DNA of 64,000 nucleotides, from NCBI GenBank assembly GCA_934772045.1, contig CAKVMH010000001.1:17006-81005 (forward strand), read 5' to 3'. This document shows positions 56,694 through 64,000 of the stretch, in pieces. The stretch's first letter is position 1. The number at the start of each line of letters is the position of its first letter. The notes under the pieces were generated by a model. The model was not told the DNA's origin. It did not search any database and was given only the letters and a program-made list of their open reading frames with translations. The stretch is from an uncultured Clostridia bacterium. Lineage in GTDB: Bacteria > Bacillota > Clostridia > Christensenellales > UBA1242. The position numbers and the translations under genes were made by a program.

Positions 56694-56854
56694 AAATCCT
56701 AACAAATGCAAAGTAGGATTTTAGCTGTCTAAATATGTTGAGAACGCAAGTTCGAAACATATTTTGTTCGCATTTTGATTTTACTACAAATCCTAACAAA
56801 TGCAAAGTAGGATTTTAGGTGTCTAAATATGTTAAGTGCTTGCACGAAACATAT
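56694..56854. repeat. Tandem pair of roughly 68-bp double-hairpin units (period 94 bp) in the rpmJ-rpsM spacer
   Basis: AAATCCTAACAAATGCAAAGTAGGATTTTAG[CG]TGTCTAAATATGTT..AAACATAT at 56694 and 56788. Confidence 0.8.
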
Positions 56855-57015
56855 GAATTTTCATTAACTAGACACAAAGTTAAGTTTGATTATTTTAGTT
56901 TTATAATACTCACAACACCAAATTGCCGCGAGATGTTGTGCTTGTTTTCAAATTTAATATTGCTTAAAAGCAACCGTTGTAAGGATAGTACTTACAAACA
57001 AAGACGGCCAAGGAA

Positions 57016-57132
57016 TTAGCCTTGGCGTTGTTTATGTTTAGGTGATTTTGAACAGATTACCATAACTTTACCATTGCGTTTGATAACCTTGCATTTTTCA
57101 CAAATTGGTTTAACAGATGGGCGCACCTTCAT
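57016..57132 (-). CDS. rpmJ: 50S ribosomal protein L36
   Basis: Not in the ORF track (38 aa): [38 protein letters not shown]. Confidence 0.9.
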   Translation of the reverse strand: MKVRPSVKPICEKCKVIKRNGKVMVICSKSPKHKQRQG

Positions 57133-57186
57133 GCTATATTTCTCCTTTTTGAGTTAAAATTAAAATTTATACAGTTCAGTGACCGT

Positions 57187-57408
57187 TTAGTTTTTATCAC
57201 GCCAAACGATTCTGCCTTTGGTTAAGTCATAAGGGGTCATTTCCACTTTAACTTTGTCGCCAAGCAAAACGCGAATTTTATTAGTACGCAACTTGCCTGA
57301 AACATAAGCAGTGATGTAATGGTCGTTCATAATCTTAACCTTGAAATTGCCGTTTGATAAAACATCTACAATTTCACCTTCTACATCGATAACATCTTCT
57401 TTCGACAT
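57187..57408 (-). CDS. infA: Translation initiation factor IF-1
   Basis: 73 aa; [14 protein letters not shown]... S1-like fold sequence. Confidence 0.95.
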   Translation of the reverse strand: MSKEDVIDVEGEIVDVLSNGNFKVKIMNDHYITAYVSGKLRTNKIRVLLGDKVKVEMTPYDLTKGRIVWRDKN

Positions 57409-57409
57409 A

Positions 57410-57682
57410 CTACTCCTTTACAATTTTATACGCTTTAAGCGCATTATAGATTTCAGTGTCTGTGACGATTGGTGAAAGGAACTTGTTGTAGATACTTTCA
57501 TCATGCGCCAACTTCACCAAGTGTTTTGGGTTTTTTGTCTTTAATTTGTTACGAACTCGAAATCTACCATCTATTATAACAGGATATCCAATTTTGTCAA
57601 TAGAAACCACCAAAAATATGCGGTCTTTATCGTGCCCAGCAACTGATTTTACAATGTCACCAGCAGTAAATTGATTGTTCAT
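57410..57682 (-). CDS. KOW-domain RNA-binding protein (YbzG-like) between map and infA
   Basis: [22 protein letters not shown] motif; AGGAGTGG SD before MNNQF. Confidence 0.7.
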   Translation of the reverse strand: MNNQFTAGDIVKSVAGHDKDRIFLVVSIDKIGYPVIIDGRFRVRNKLKTKNPKHLVKLAHDESIYNKFLSPIVTDTEIYNALKAYKIVKE

Positions 57683-57689
57683 ACCACTC

Positions 57690-58436
57690 CTATAACGATA
57701 GAATTTCAACACCATCTTTTGTAATTAAAACAGTGTTTTCGTAATGTGCGCTAGGCAGACCGTCCCAAGTGGATATTGTCCAGTCGTTGTCTTCCACAAC
57801 CACATCACGTTTGCCGAGGGTTGACATCGGTTCAATTGCCAATGTCATACCGGCTTGAAGCACAATACCAGAATTGTACTTACCATAGTTTGGCACATAA
57901 GGGTCTTCGTGCATTTCAGTGCCTATGCCGTGCCCTGTCAATTCACGCACAACGCCATAACCGCGGTCTTCAAGGTATTTTTGGATTTGGTGGCTGATGT
58001 TACCCAGCCTACTGCCAGCCTTAATGCCTTTGATACCTTCAAAGAATGACTGTTTTGTGTCGTTAATTAACCTTTGTTTTTCAATTGACACATTGCCAAC
58101 AGCGAATGTTCGCGCTGCGTCACTTTGCCACCCGTCGTAGATGACGCCACAGTCAACGCTGATTATGTCGCCATCTATTAAAGGTTGATCGTTACAAAAC
58201 CCGTGCACCACTTGCTCATTAACACTCGCGCAAATGGTAAACGGAAAGCCCTCGTAGCCGAGGAAGGAAGGAATTGCGCCTTGGGATTTAATATATTGAT
58301 AGGCCAAATCGTTAAGGCGCAAACTGGTTTGGCCAGGGAAAATGTGTTGTTCAAGCATTTTTAAGGTGTCGCTTAAAATTTTGCCTGCTTTACGCATTTT
58401 TTCTATTTGTTCTTCATTTTTAATGGTTATACTCAT
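57690..58436 (-). CDS. map: Methionine aminopeptidase type I
   Basis: 248 aa; metal ligands in the D..D..H..E..E pattern (ISVDCG, DSARTF, GHGIG, LAIEP, HYENT). Confidence 0.95.
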   Translation of the reverse strand: MSITIKNEEQIEKMRKAGKILSDTLKMLEQHIFPGQTSLRLNDLAYQYIKSQGAIPSFLGYEGFPFTICASVNEQVVHGFCNDQPLIDGDIISVDCGVIYDGWQSDAARTFAVGNVSIEKQRLINDTKQSFFEGIKGIKAGSRLGNISHQIQKYLEDRGYGVVRELTGHGIGTEMHEDPYVPNYGKYNSGIVLQAGMTLAIEPMSTLGKRDVVVEDNDWTISTWDGLPSAHYENTVLITKDGVEILSL

Positions 58437-59050
58437 TTTAATACCTTCATTACAGTTTCAAGCACTTTTGTAGGTGTTTGGCTTGCGTCGACATCTACAA
58501 CTTTAACGCCCCATTGCCTATATAATTCCAGCAAAGGGTATGTTTCACTTTCGTAAATTTTAAAGCGGTTGTTTATTGAATCAATCGTGTCGTCAGTGCG
58601 CTTAATAAGTTCACCGCCACACGCTGGACAAGTTAAATCATTAACTGCCGATAATTTAGTTATCTTTTTGCATTTGTTGCAAGTAAGGCGGTTTAATAAC
58701 CTTTCAATTGCCATTTCCTTGCTTAAATACAAGTGAATAACCAAATCCACATTCATAATTTCTTTAAGACGCTTTGCTTGACCGATTTCCCTAGGAAAGC
58801 CGTCAAACACAACATTTGGTTTTGCAATTTTGTGCAATTTGTTTTTAAGCACTTGCATAACAAGGTCGGTGCTAACAAGCTGTCCGTCTGCAATGCATTG
58901 CTCAATAACTTTGCCGAGCATTGAGCCTGTGGATATTTCATCACGGAGTATTTGCCCTGTGGAAATCAACTCAAACTCAAGTTTCCCTTGCAAATCATCA
59001 ACAAGTGTGCCTTTACCTGAACCCTGTATTCCTATTAAAACAATGTTCAT
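58433..59050 (-). CDS. adk: Adenylate kinase (zinc-lid type)
   Basis: P-loop GIQGSGKGT; lid CNKC..CPACG. Confidence 0.9.
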   Translation of the reverse strand: MNIVLIGIQGSGKGTLVDDLQGKLEFELISTGQILRDEISTGSMLGKVIEQCIADGQLVSTDLVMQVLKNKLHKIAKPNVVFDGFPREIGQAKRLKEIMNVDLVIHLYLSKEMAIERLLNRLTCNKCKKITKLSAVNDLTCPACGGELIKRTDDTIDSINNRFKIYESETYPLLELYRQWGVKVVDVDASQTPTKVLETVMKVLK

Positions 59051-59075
59051 ATAACCCCTTAAACCGGCTTTTAAA

Positions 59076-60386
59076 TTACTTTAAAAACCCGCGATAGTTC
59101 CTTGCAAGCATTTGTGCTTCAAGTTGTTTGTCAAATTCAAGCGCAACAGAAACAACGATAAGCATACCAGTTGCACTAAATGCACTTGTAACACCGCCAG
59201 CACCGATACCAGTGAAGAGCAATGTAGGAACAAGAGCCATAAATGCTAAGAATATTGCACCGAAAAGTGTAATTCTTTTGTTTATGCCACCTAAGTAATC
59301 TGCGGTAGGTTTACCTGGGCGAATACCTTGAATAAAGCCACCATTTTGCTGAATTTGACGTGAAATTTGGTCAGTATCAAATTGCAATGCTGAATAGAAG
59401 TATGCAAACGCCAAAATCAAAAGTGACAATACAATTGCATAAATCCATGTGCCCGCGCCAAGCCATTTATTCCACCAGCCAATGAACCCGCCAGTTGCTG
59501 TTGGGTTAATCATAGACATGATAAGTTGTGGGAATGAAAGAATTGTGCTTGCGAAAATGATAGGCATAACGCCGTTTGCATTCACCCTAATAGGAATGAA
59601 TGTTGATTGACCGCCATACATTTTCCTGCCCTTCATTTGTTTTGCGTATTGAACATTAACCCTGCGTTCGCCACCGTCTACAAAGACAACGAGTGCAAAG
59701 ATTAAAACCAACACAGCAACGAACAAAATCAAGCGCCAAATTGCTTTTTGTGTTGTTTCGCCACCAACAGACATATCTTTAAAGTTGTTAAAGATTGTTG
59801 TTGCAGCACTTGATAAAATACCAACGAAGATGAGCAAAGACATACCATTGCCAATGCCAATTTCTGTGATTTTTTCACCAAGCCAAACAGTAAACATTGC
59901 ACCAGCAACCAACATTGTAACAACAAATGCATAGAACAAGAATTTGTTGTTACCAAAAGCGGTTAAATCTGCACTGCTTGCTGTGTTAAAACCAATTGCA
60001 ATACCAAGTGCTTGCGCAATTGCAATCACTAATGCTGCAATTTTGGTGTATAAATTTAAACGTTTTCTGCCATCTGCGCCACCATCTTTTGCCATTGCTT
60101 GCCAGCTAGGAATAACTGCGCTAAGCAATTGAATGATAATGCTTGATGTGATGTATGGGGACACACCGAGCGCCAAGAAAGAACCTTGACTGAGCGCGCC
60201 ACCACTTACTGCACTAAGCAAGCTAAGGAAGGTGTTGCCTTCCACATTACTGCCGTATGCACCAATTTCCACACCTGGAATTGGAATCCAACAACCAAGG
60301 CGGAAAATGAATAATAAGAGAACAGTTAAAAGTAACTTCCTTCTTATTTCTTTAATTTTAAATGCGTCAGCTAATGTTTTAAACAT
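59076..60386 (-). CDS. secY: Preprotein translocase subunit SecY
   Basis: 436 aa, 10 TM, typical SecY sequence. Confidence 0.95.
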   Translation of the reverse strand: MFKTLADAFKIKEIRRKLLLTVLLLFIFRLGCWIPIPGVEIGAYGSNVEGNTFLSLLSAVSGGALSQGSFLALGVSPYITSSIIIQLLSAVIPSWQAMAKDGGADGRKRLNLYTKIAALVIAIAQALGIAIGFNTASSADLTAFGNNKFLFYAFVVTMLVAGAMFTVWLGEKITEIGIGNGMSLLIFVGILSSAATTIFNNFKDMSVGGETTQKAIWRLILFVAVLVLIFALVVFVDGGERRVNVQYAKQMKGRKMYGGQSTFIPIRVNANGVMPIIFASTILSFPQLIMSMINPTATGGFIGWWNKWLGAGTWIYAIVLSLLILAFAYFYSALQFDTDQISRQIQQNGGFIQGIRPGKPTADYLGGINKRITLFGAIFLAFMALVPTLLFTGIGAGGVTSAFSATGMLIVVSVALEFDKQLEAQMLARNYRGFLK

Positions 60387-60832
60387 TATACCTCCTCTAC
60401 ACTGCCACCTTGTGCTGTAATTTTATCTTTTGCTGATGTTGTGAATTTGTTAGCAACAACTTTTAAAGCAACGGTAAGTTCACCATTACCTAAAATTTTA
60501 ACGCCGTCCTTTTCAATTTTTGAAAGGATGCCTGATTCAAGTAATTTAACAGCGTCAACTGTTGTGTTTGCTTCAAAACAATTCAAAGCGCTAACATTAA
60601 CAACAGAGTAAACTTTTTTGAATTTAGCATTGCTAAATCCCTTGCTAGGAACTCTTCTGTACAAAGGGTTTTGACCACCTTCAAATCCAGGGCGAACACC
60701 GCCACCAGAACGAGCATTTTGGCCTTTGTGACCTTTACCAGAGGTTTTACCTATACCACTACCGATACCACGGCCAAGCCTTTTTTTGCTTGTTCTAGCG
60801 CCTTCGGCATATGTTAATTCGTGTATATACAT
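60386..60832 (-). CDS. rplO: 50S ribosomal protein L15
   Basis: [26 protein letters not shown].. behind an AAGGAGTG SD. Confidence 0.95.
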   Translation of the reverse strand: MYIHELTYAEGARTSKKRLGRGIGSGIGKTSGKGHKGQNARSGGGVRPGFEGGQNPLYRRVPSKGFSNAKFKKVYSVVNVSALNCFEANTTVDAVKLLESGILSKIEKDGVKILGNGELTVALKVVANKFTTSAKDKITAQGGSVEEV

Positions 60833-60842
60833 AATCACTCCT

Positions 60843-61040
60843 TTACGCTTCTTCTTCCACTTTTAACAAGTGTTTAACTTTGAAGATGCTTCCTCTTATA
60901 CAATCGTTGTCAGGAAGGATACGGGTTTGACCAAGTTTTTTGAAACCAAGGGCTTCAACAACTTTGGCTTGTTCTTTGTTGTAACCAACAGCACTTTTTA
61001 CATAAGTAACCTTAATGGTCTTTTGTGATTTCTTAGCCAT
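60843..61040 (-). CDS. rpmD: 50S ribosomal protein L30
   Basis: 65 aa; operon position and sequence. Confidence 0.9.
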   Translation of the reverse strand: MAKKSQKTIKVTYVKSAVGYNKEQAKVVEALGFKKLGQTRILPDNDCIRGSIFKVKHLLKVEEEA

Positions 61041-61048
61041 ATATCCTC

Positions 61049-61576
61049 CTAAATTTCTTCAACTGGTAAACCACGAAGGAGAGCAACTTGTTCTTTGGTC
61101 CTTAAAGATTTAAGACCATTTAAAGTAGCCCTAGCAACATTGATTTTGTCAGTTGAGCCATAAATTTTTGCAGTTAAATCGGTGTAACCTGCCATTTCAA
61201 ATACGGTACGAGCCGCACCACCAGCAATCAAACCGCTACCTTTTTTAGAAGGAAGCATTTTAACGCTTGTTTTAGCAAATTTACCAATTGTTTCATGTGG
61301 GATAGTCCCGTTAATTACAGGAACAGTAATTAAAGATTTTTTAGCAGCCTTGGTTGCCTTTTCGATAGCAGCTGGAACTTCTGCAGCTTTAGCAATACCC
61401 ATGCCAACCCTGCCTTTCTTGTCACCAACAATGACAAGTGCAGAGAAACGCATAGTACGCCCGCCCTTAACAACTTTTGTTACACGGCGGACATCCAACA
61501 TTTTCTTGTCGAATTCGTCTTTAATTTCTTCCCTTTCTCTAGGTTTTCTAAATTCACGTTTTTGTTGTTGTGCCAT
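61049..61576 (-). CDS. rpsE: 30S ribosomal protein S5
   Basis: 175 aa; VVKGGRTMRFSALVIVGD motif. Confidence 0.95.
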   Translation of the reverse strand: MAQQQKREFRKPREREEIKDEFDKKMLDVRRVTKVVKGGRTMRFSALVIVGDKKGRVGMGIAKAAEVPAAIEKATKAAKKSLITVPVINGTIPHETIGKFAKTSVKMLPSKKGSGLIAGGAARTVFEMAGYTDLTAKIYGSTDKINVARATLNGLKSLRTKEQVALLRGLPVEEI

Positions 61577-61585
61577 AATCTCTCC

Positions 61586-61954
61586 TTAAAATTCCAAGCC
61601 ACCGGCTCTAGCACCGTCAGCAAGTTCTTTAACTCTTCCTGTATAAAGATATCCACCACGGTCGAAAACAACAGTTTTGATTTTTGCTTTTTTAGCAAGT
61701 TTAGCGATTTGTTCGCCAACATATTTTGCTGCTTCTTTGTTGGTCATATCTTTAATTTTTGCCTTAACTTCTTTTTGAGTTGTGTTGCAAGCAACAAGTG
61801 TAACACCCTTACTATCATCAATAATTTGGGCATAAATGTTGCTTAAACTGCGGTAAACGCAAAGGCGTGGGCAAGCAGTTGTGCCAGATAAATTATGACG
61901 CAATCTGATATGGCGTTTTACACGTTTTGCATTCTTATTCTCTTTATTTATCAT
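61586..61954 (-). CDS. rplR: 50S ribosomal protein L18
   Basis: 122 aa; typical uL18 sequence ending GARAGGLEF. Confidence 0.95.
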   Translation of the reverse strand: MINKENKNAKRVKRHIRLRHNLSGTTACPRLCVYRSLSNIYAQIIDDSKGVTLVACNTTQKEVKAKIKDMTNKEAAKYVGEQIAKLAKKAKIKTVVFDRGGYLYTGRVKELADGARAGGLEF

Positions 61955-61964
61955 AACTTACCTC

Positions 61965-62510
61965 CTACTTTTTCTTACCGGCTGCTTTACCCGGTTTTAA
62001 GATAACTGGTTCGTTTGTGTAGTGGATACCATAACCATGGTATGGTTCCATAGGGCGAAGTGCGCGGATTTTTGCTGCAACTGCGCCAACCAATTCTTTA
62101 TTAGCACCACAAACAAGGATTGTGTTGTTGTCTGGCACTTCAAAAGTAATGCCGTCTTCTTCTTCAATTTCAACTGGGTGTGACAAACCTAATGCCATAA
62201 CCAATTTTTTACCTTGTTTATTAAGTTTGTAACCAACGCCGTTAACTGTTAAAGATTTTTTGAAACCTTCAGTTACGCCTGTAACCATATTGTGGATAAG
62301 TTGGCGATACAAACCTTGTTTAGCATTGCTGTCAGTTGTATCGTCAAGGCGAGCAACATAAATGTGACCGTCTTTAACTTCAACTGCAACATTCTTTGAA
62401 AATTCTTGTGTCAAAGTTGCCTTAGCACCTTTAACTGTAACGATGTGACCATTAACTTCAACAGTCACACCTGCTGGGATAGCGACAGGTAATTTACCAA
62501 TTCTTGACAT
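61965..62510 (-). CDS. rplF: 50S ribosomal protein L6
   Basis: MSRIGKLPVAIPAGV.. behind a GGAGGG SD. Confidence 0.95.
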   Translation of the reverse strand: MSRIGKLPVAIPAGVTVEVNGHIVTVKGAKATLTQEFSKNVAVEVKDGHIYVARLDDTTDSNAKQGLYRQLIHNMVTGVTEGFKKSLTVNGVGYKLNKQGKKLVMALGLSHPVEIEEEDGITFEVPDNNTILVCGANKELVGAVAAKIRALRPMEPYHGYGIHYTNEPVILKPGKAAGKKK

Positions 62511-62518
62511 ATACCCTC

Positions 62519-62917
62519 CTACCATACATAGGCGAGAACTTCGCCACCTATGTTCATTTTTCTAGCAACCTTATCTGTAACGATGCCTTTGCTTGTTGAA
62601 ACAATTGCGATACCTAAGCCGTTAAGAACTTGTGGTAATTGTTCAGCGTTGGCATAAATCCTCAAACCAGGTTTGCTAATTCTTTTAAGCCCTTGAATAA
62701 CTTTTTCGCCATTAGGACCATATTTAAGTGTGATTTCAATCATATTAACGCCGTCAACTGCTTCAGTTTTATATTCAGCGATAAAGCCTTCTTTCTTTAA
62801 AATTTCAGCAATTGCAAGTTTGGTTTTTGATTGAGGAACAAGCACACTTTCATGCTTAGCCATATTCGCATTACGGATACGGGTGAGCATATCTGCGATT
62901 GGGTCTATACTTAACAT
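62519..62917 (-). CDS. rpsH: 30S ribosomal protein S8
   Basis: 132 aa; [14 protein letters not shown]-terminus. Confidence 0.95.
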   Translation of the reverse strand: MLSIDPIADMLTRIRNANMAKHESVLVPQSKTKLAIAEILKKEGFIAEYKTEAVDGVNMIEITLKYGPNGEKVIQGLKRISKPGLRIYANAEQLPQVLNGLGIAIVSTSKGIVTDKVARKMNIGGEVLAYVW

Positions 62918-62929
62918 AATCTTCTCCTT

Positions 62930-63115
62930 TTACCAACTAGCTTTCTTAACACCAGGAATTTCACCTTTGTTAGCCAAGTTTCTAAAACATATTCTGCAAA
63001 TACCATATTTTTTAAGCACAGCGTGTGGACGGCCACAAAGGGAACAACGCGTATATTCACGTGTTGCGAACTTTTGTTGTCTTTGTTGTTTATTAATCAT
63101 TGCTTTTCTTGCCAT
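62930..63115 (-). CDS. rpsN: 30S ribosomal protein S14, zinc-binding type Z
   Basis: 61 aa; CSLCGRP..CRIC. Confidence 0.95.
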   Translation of the reverse strand: MARKAMINKQQRQQKFATREYTRCSLCGRPHAVLKKYGICRICFRNLANKGEIPGVKKASW

Positions 63116-63124
63116 AATCCACTC

Positions 63125-63682
63125 CTACTTCTTTTTCCTAAATGGTACGCCCATTAACTTTAACAATTCGAATGCTTCTTCGTTTGTGTTTGCTGTTGTA
63201 ACAAACATAATGTCGAAACCACGAACAGAATCAATCTTATCATAAACGATTTCTGGGAAGATAATTTGTTCTTTAACACCGAAACTGTAGTTACCGCGAC
63301 CATCGAATGATGTTGTGCTTAAACCTTGGAAGTCACGCACACGAGGCAATGCAACTGAAATCAACCTATCGAAGAATTCATACATTTTTTCACCACGAAG
63401 TGTAACTTTCGCACCAATTTTTTGACCTTGACGAAGTTTGAAATTCGCAACTGATTTTTTTGCTGTTGTAACAACTGCCTTTTGACCAGCAATCAAGCTC
63501 AATTCGTCAACTGCTGTGTTGAAAGTTTTAGCATTGTCTTTTTCTTTACCAAGACGAAGTGATAAAACGATTTTTTCAACGCGAGGAATTTGCATTACAT
63601 TTTTGTAACCAAAATGTTCCTTCATTTGAGGCCTTACAACTTCGTTATAGTATGCATGACGCCTATTAATTTCTTTTTCCAT
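63125..63682 (-). CDS. rplE: 50S ribosomal protein L5
   Basis: 185 aa; typical uL5 sequence. Confidence 0.95.
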   Translation of the reverse strand: MEKEINRRHAYYNEVVRPQMKEHFGYKNVMQIPRVEKIVLSLRLGKEKDNAKTFNTAVDELSLIAGQKAVVTTAKKSVANFKLRQGQKIGAKVTLRGEKMYEFFDRLISVALPRVRDFQGLSTTSFDGRGNYSFGVKEQIIFPEIVYDKIDSVRGFDIMFVTTANTNEEAFELLKLMGVPFRKKK

Positions 63683-63695
63683 TAGTCATACTCCT

Positions 63696-64000
63696 TTATG
63701 CTTTTTTGCTAGATTTAGCAGATTTAGTTGCTTTTTTAGTTTTAACAACTTCTAAACTAGCGCCACATTTTTTGCAAACGCGTACATGTTTACCATCGAC
63801 ATCATTGTGAGCAACGCGAGTTGCTTTTTTGCACGCTGGGCAAACAACTTGTACATTTGAAACATCGACAGCGCCTTCGGTTTTAATAATACCGCCCTTG
63901 TCGTCTTTGCTTCTTGGTTTTGTGTGATGAGATTGAATATTAACATTAGCAACAACAACTTTGCCGTTGTCACGGTTAACTTCAAGCACTTCACCAGTTT
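63696..64000 (-). CDS. rplX: 50S ribosomal protein L24 (5' end outside the window)
   Basis: C-terminal part of uL24 (..HTKPRSKDDKGGIIKTEGAVDVSNV..), contains CPAC...CKKC; the ORF runs off the window edge. Confidence 0.85.
   Translation of the reverse strand, partial: TGEVLEVNRDNGKVVVANVNIQSHHTKPRSKDDKGGIIKTEGAVDVSNVQVVCPACKKATRVAHNDVDGKHVRVCKKCGASLEVVKTKKATKSAKSSKKA

Noticed and set aside
63696-64000. uL24 with CPAC...CKKC (zinc-ribbon-like) C-terminus as a novelty
   Set aside because: From memory, Cys-containing uL24 C-termini of this form (..VCKKCGE..) occur in clostridial lineages. It is probably a lineage trait, and the gene is truncated by the window edge.
1-64000. tRNA or rRNA genes
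   Set aside because: No cloverleaf-compatible sequence with a GGTTCGAATCC-like T-arm was seen in the non-coding regions, and no rRNA-like conserved blocks were seen. Only tmRNA was recognised.

Overview
AT-rich, Firmicutes/Bacilli-like chromosomal window with almost every gene on the minus strand. No rRNA, tRNA, CRISPR array, transposase or integrase was recognised. 47.5-64 kb holds the ribosomal super-operon: spc (rplX partial, rplE, rpsN, rpsH, rplF, rplR, rpsE, rpmD, rplO, secY, adk, map, KOW protein, infA, rpmJ), then alpha (rpsM, rpsK, rpsD, rpoA, rplQ), then unusually str (rpsL, a ThyX-fold insert, rpsG, fusA, tuf). 20-47 kb is mostly housekeeping: mnmA, rpiB, a radical-SAM activase, an FNT channel, a short pyk, ssrA (tmRNA), smpB, rnr, secG, gpmI, pgk and trpS. 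It also contains small accessory islets: orphan barstar-like immunity genes between ssrA and smpB, a PIN-like two-gene module, and an SPFH/zinc-ribbon pair. 8-20 kb is an accessory cell-surface locus with a 2449-aa secreted giant protein and three TasA/camelysin-family genes carrying SipW-type signal peptides. The main candidate is that these three genes look like one expression site plus two promoterless, 5'-truncated cassettes. All three share a perfect 59-bp box, one copy inverted, which is a shufflon-like layout that could swap the whole mature fibre subunit. Other leads are a 9-codon Trp-containing mini-ORF and terminator upstream of trpS, the ThyX-fold gene splitting rpsL-rpsG, and two dispersed repeat families (a MITE-like palindromic element and about 52-bp hairpin units stacked before terminators). 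There are also tandem structured repeats in the rpmJ-rpsM spacer and at the 3' end of a TM2 gene. All calls come from reading the sequence and ORF translations; no database search was run.
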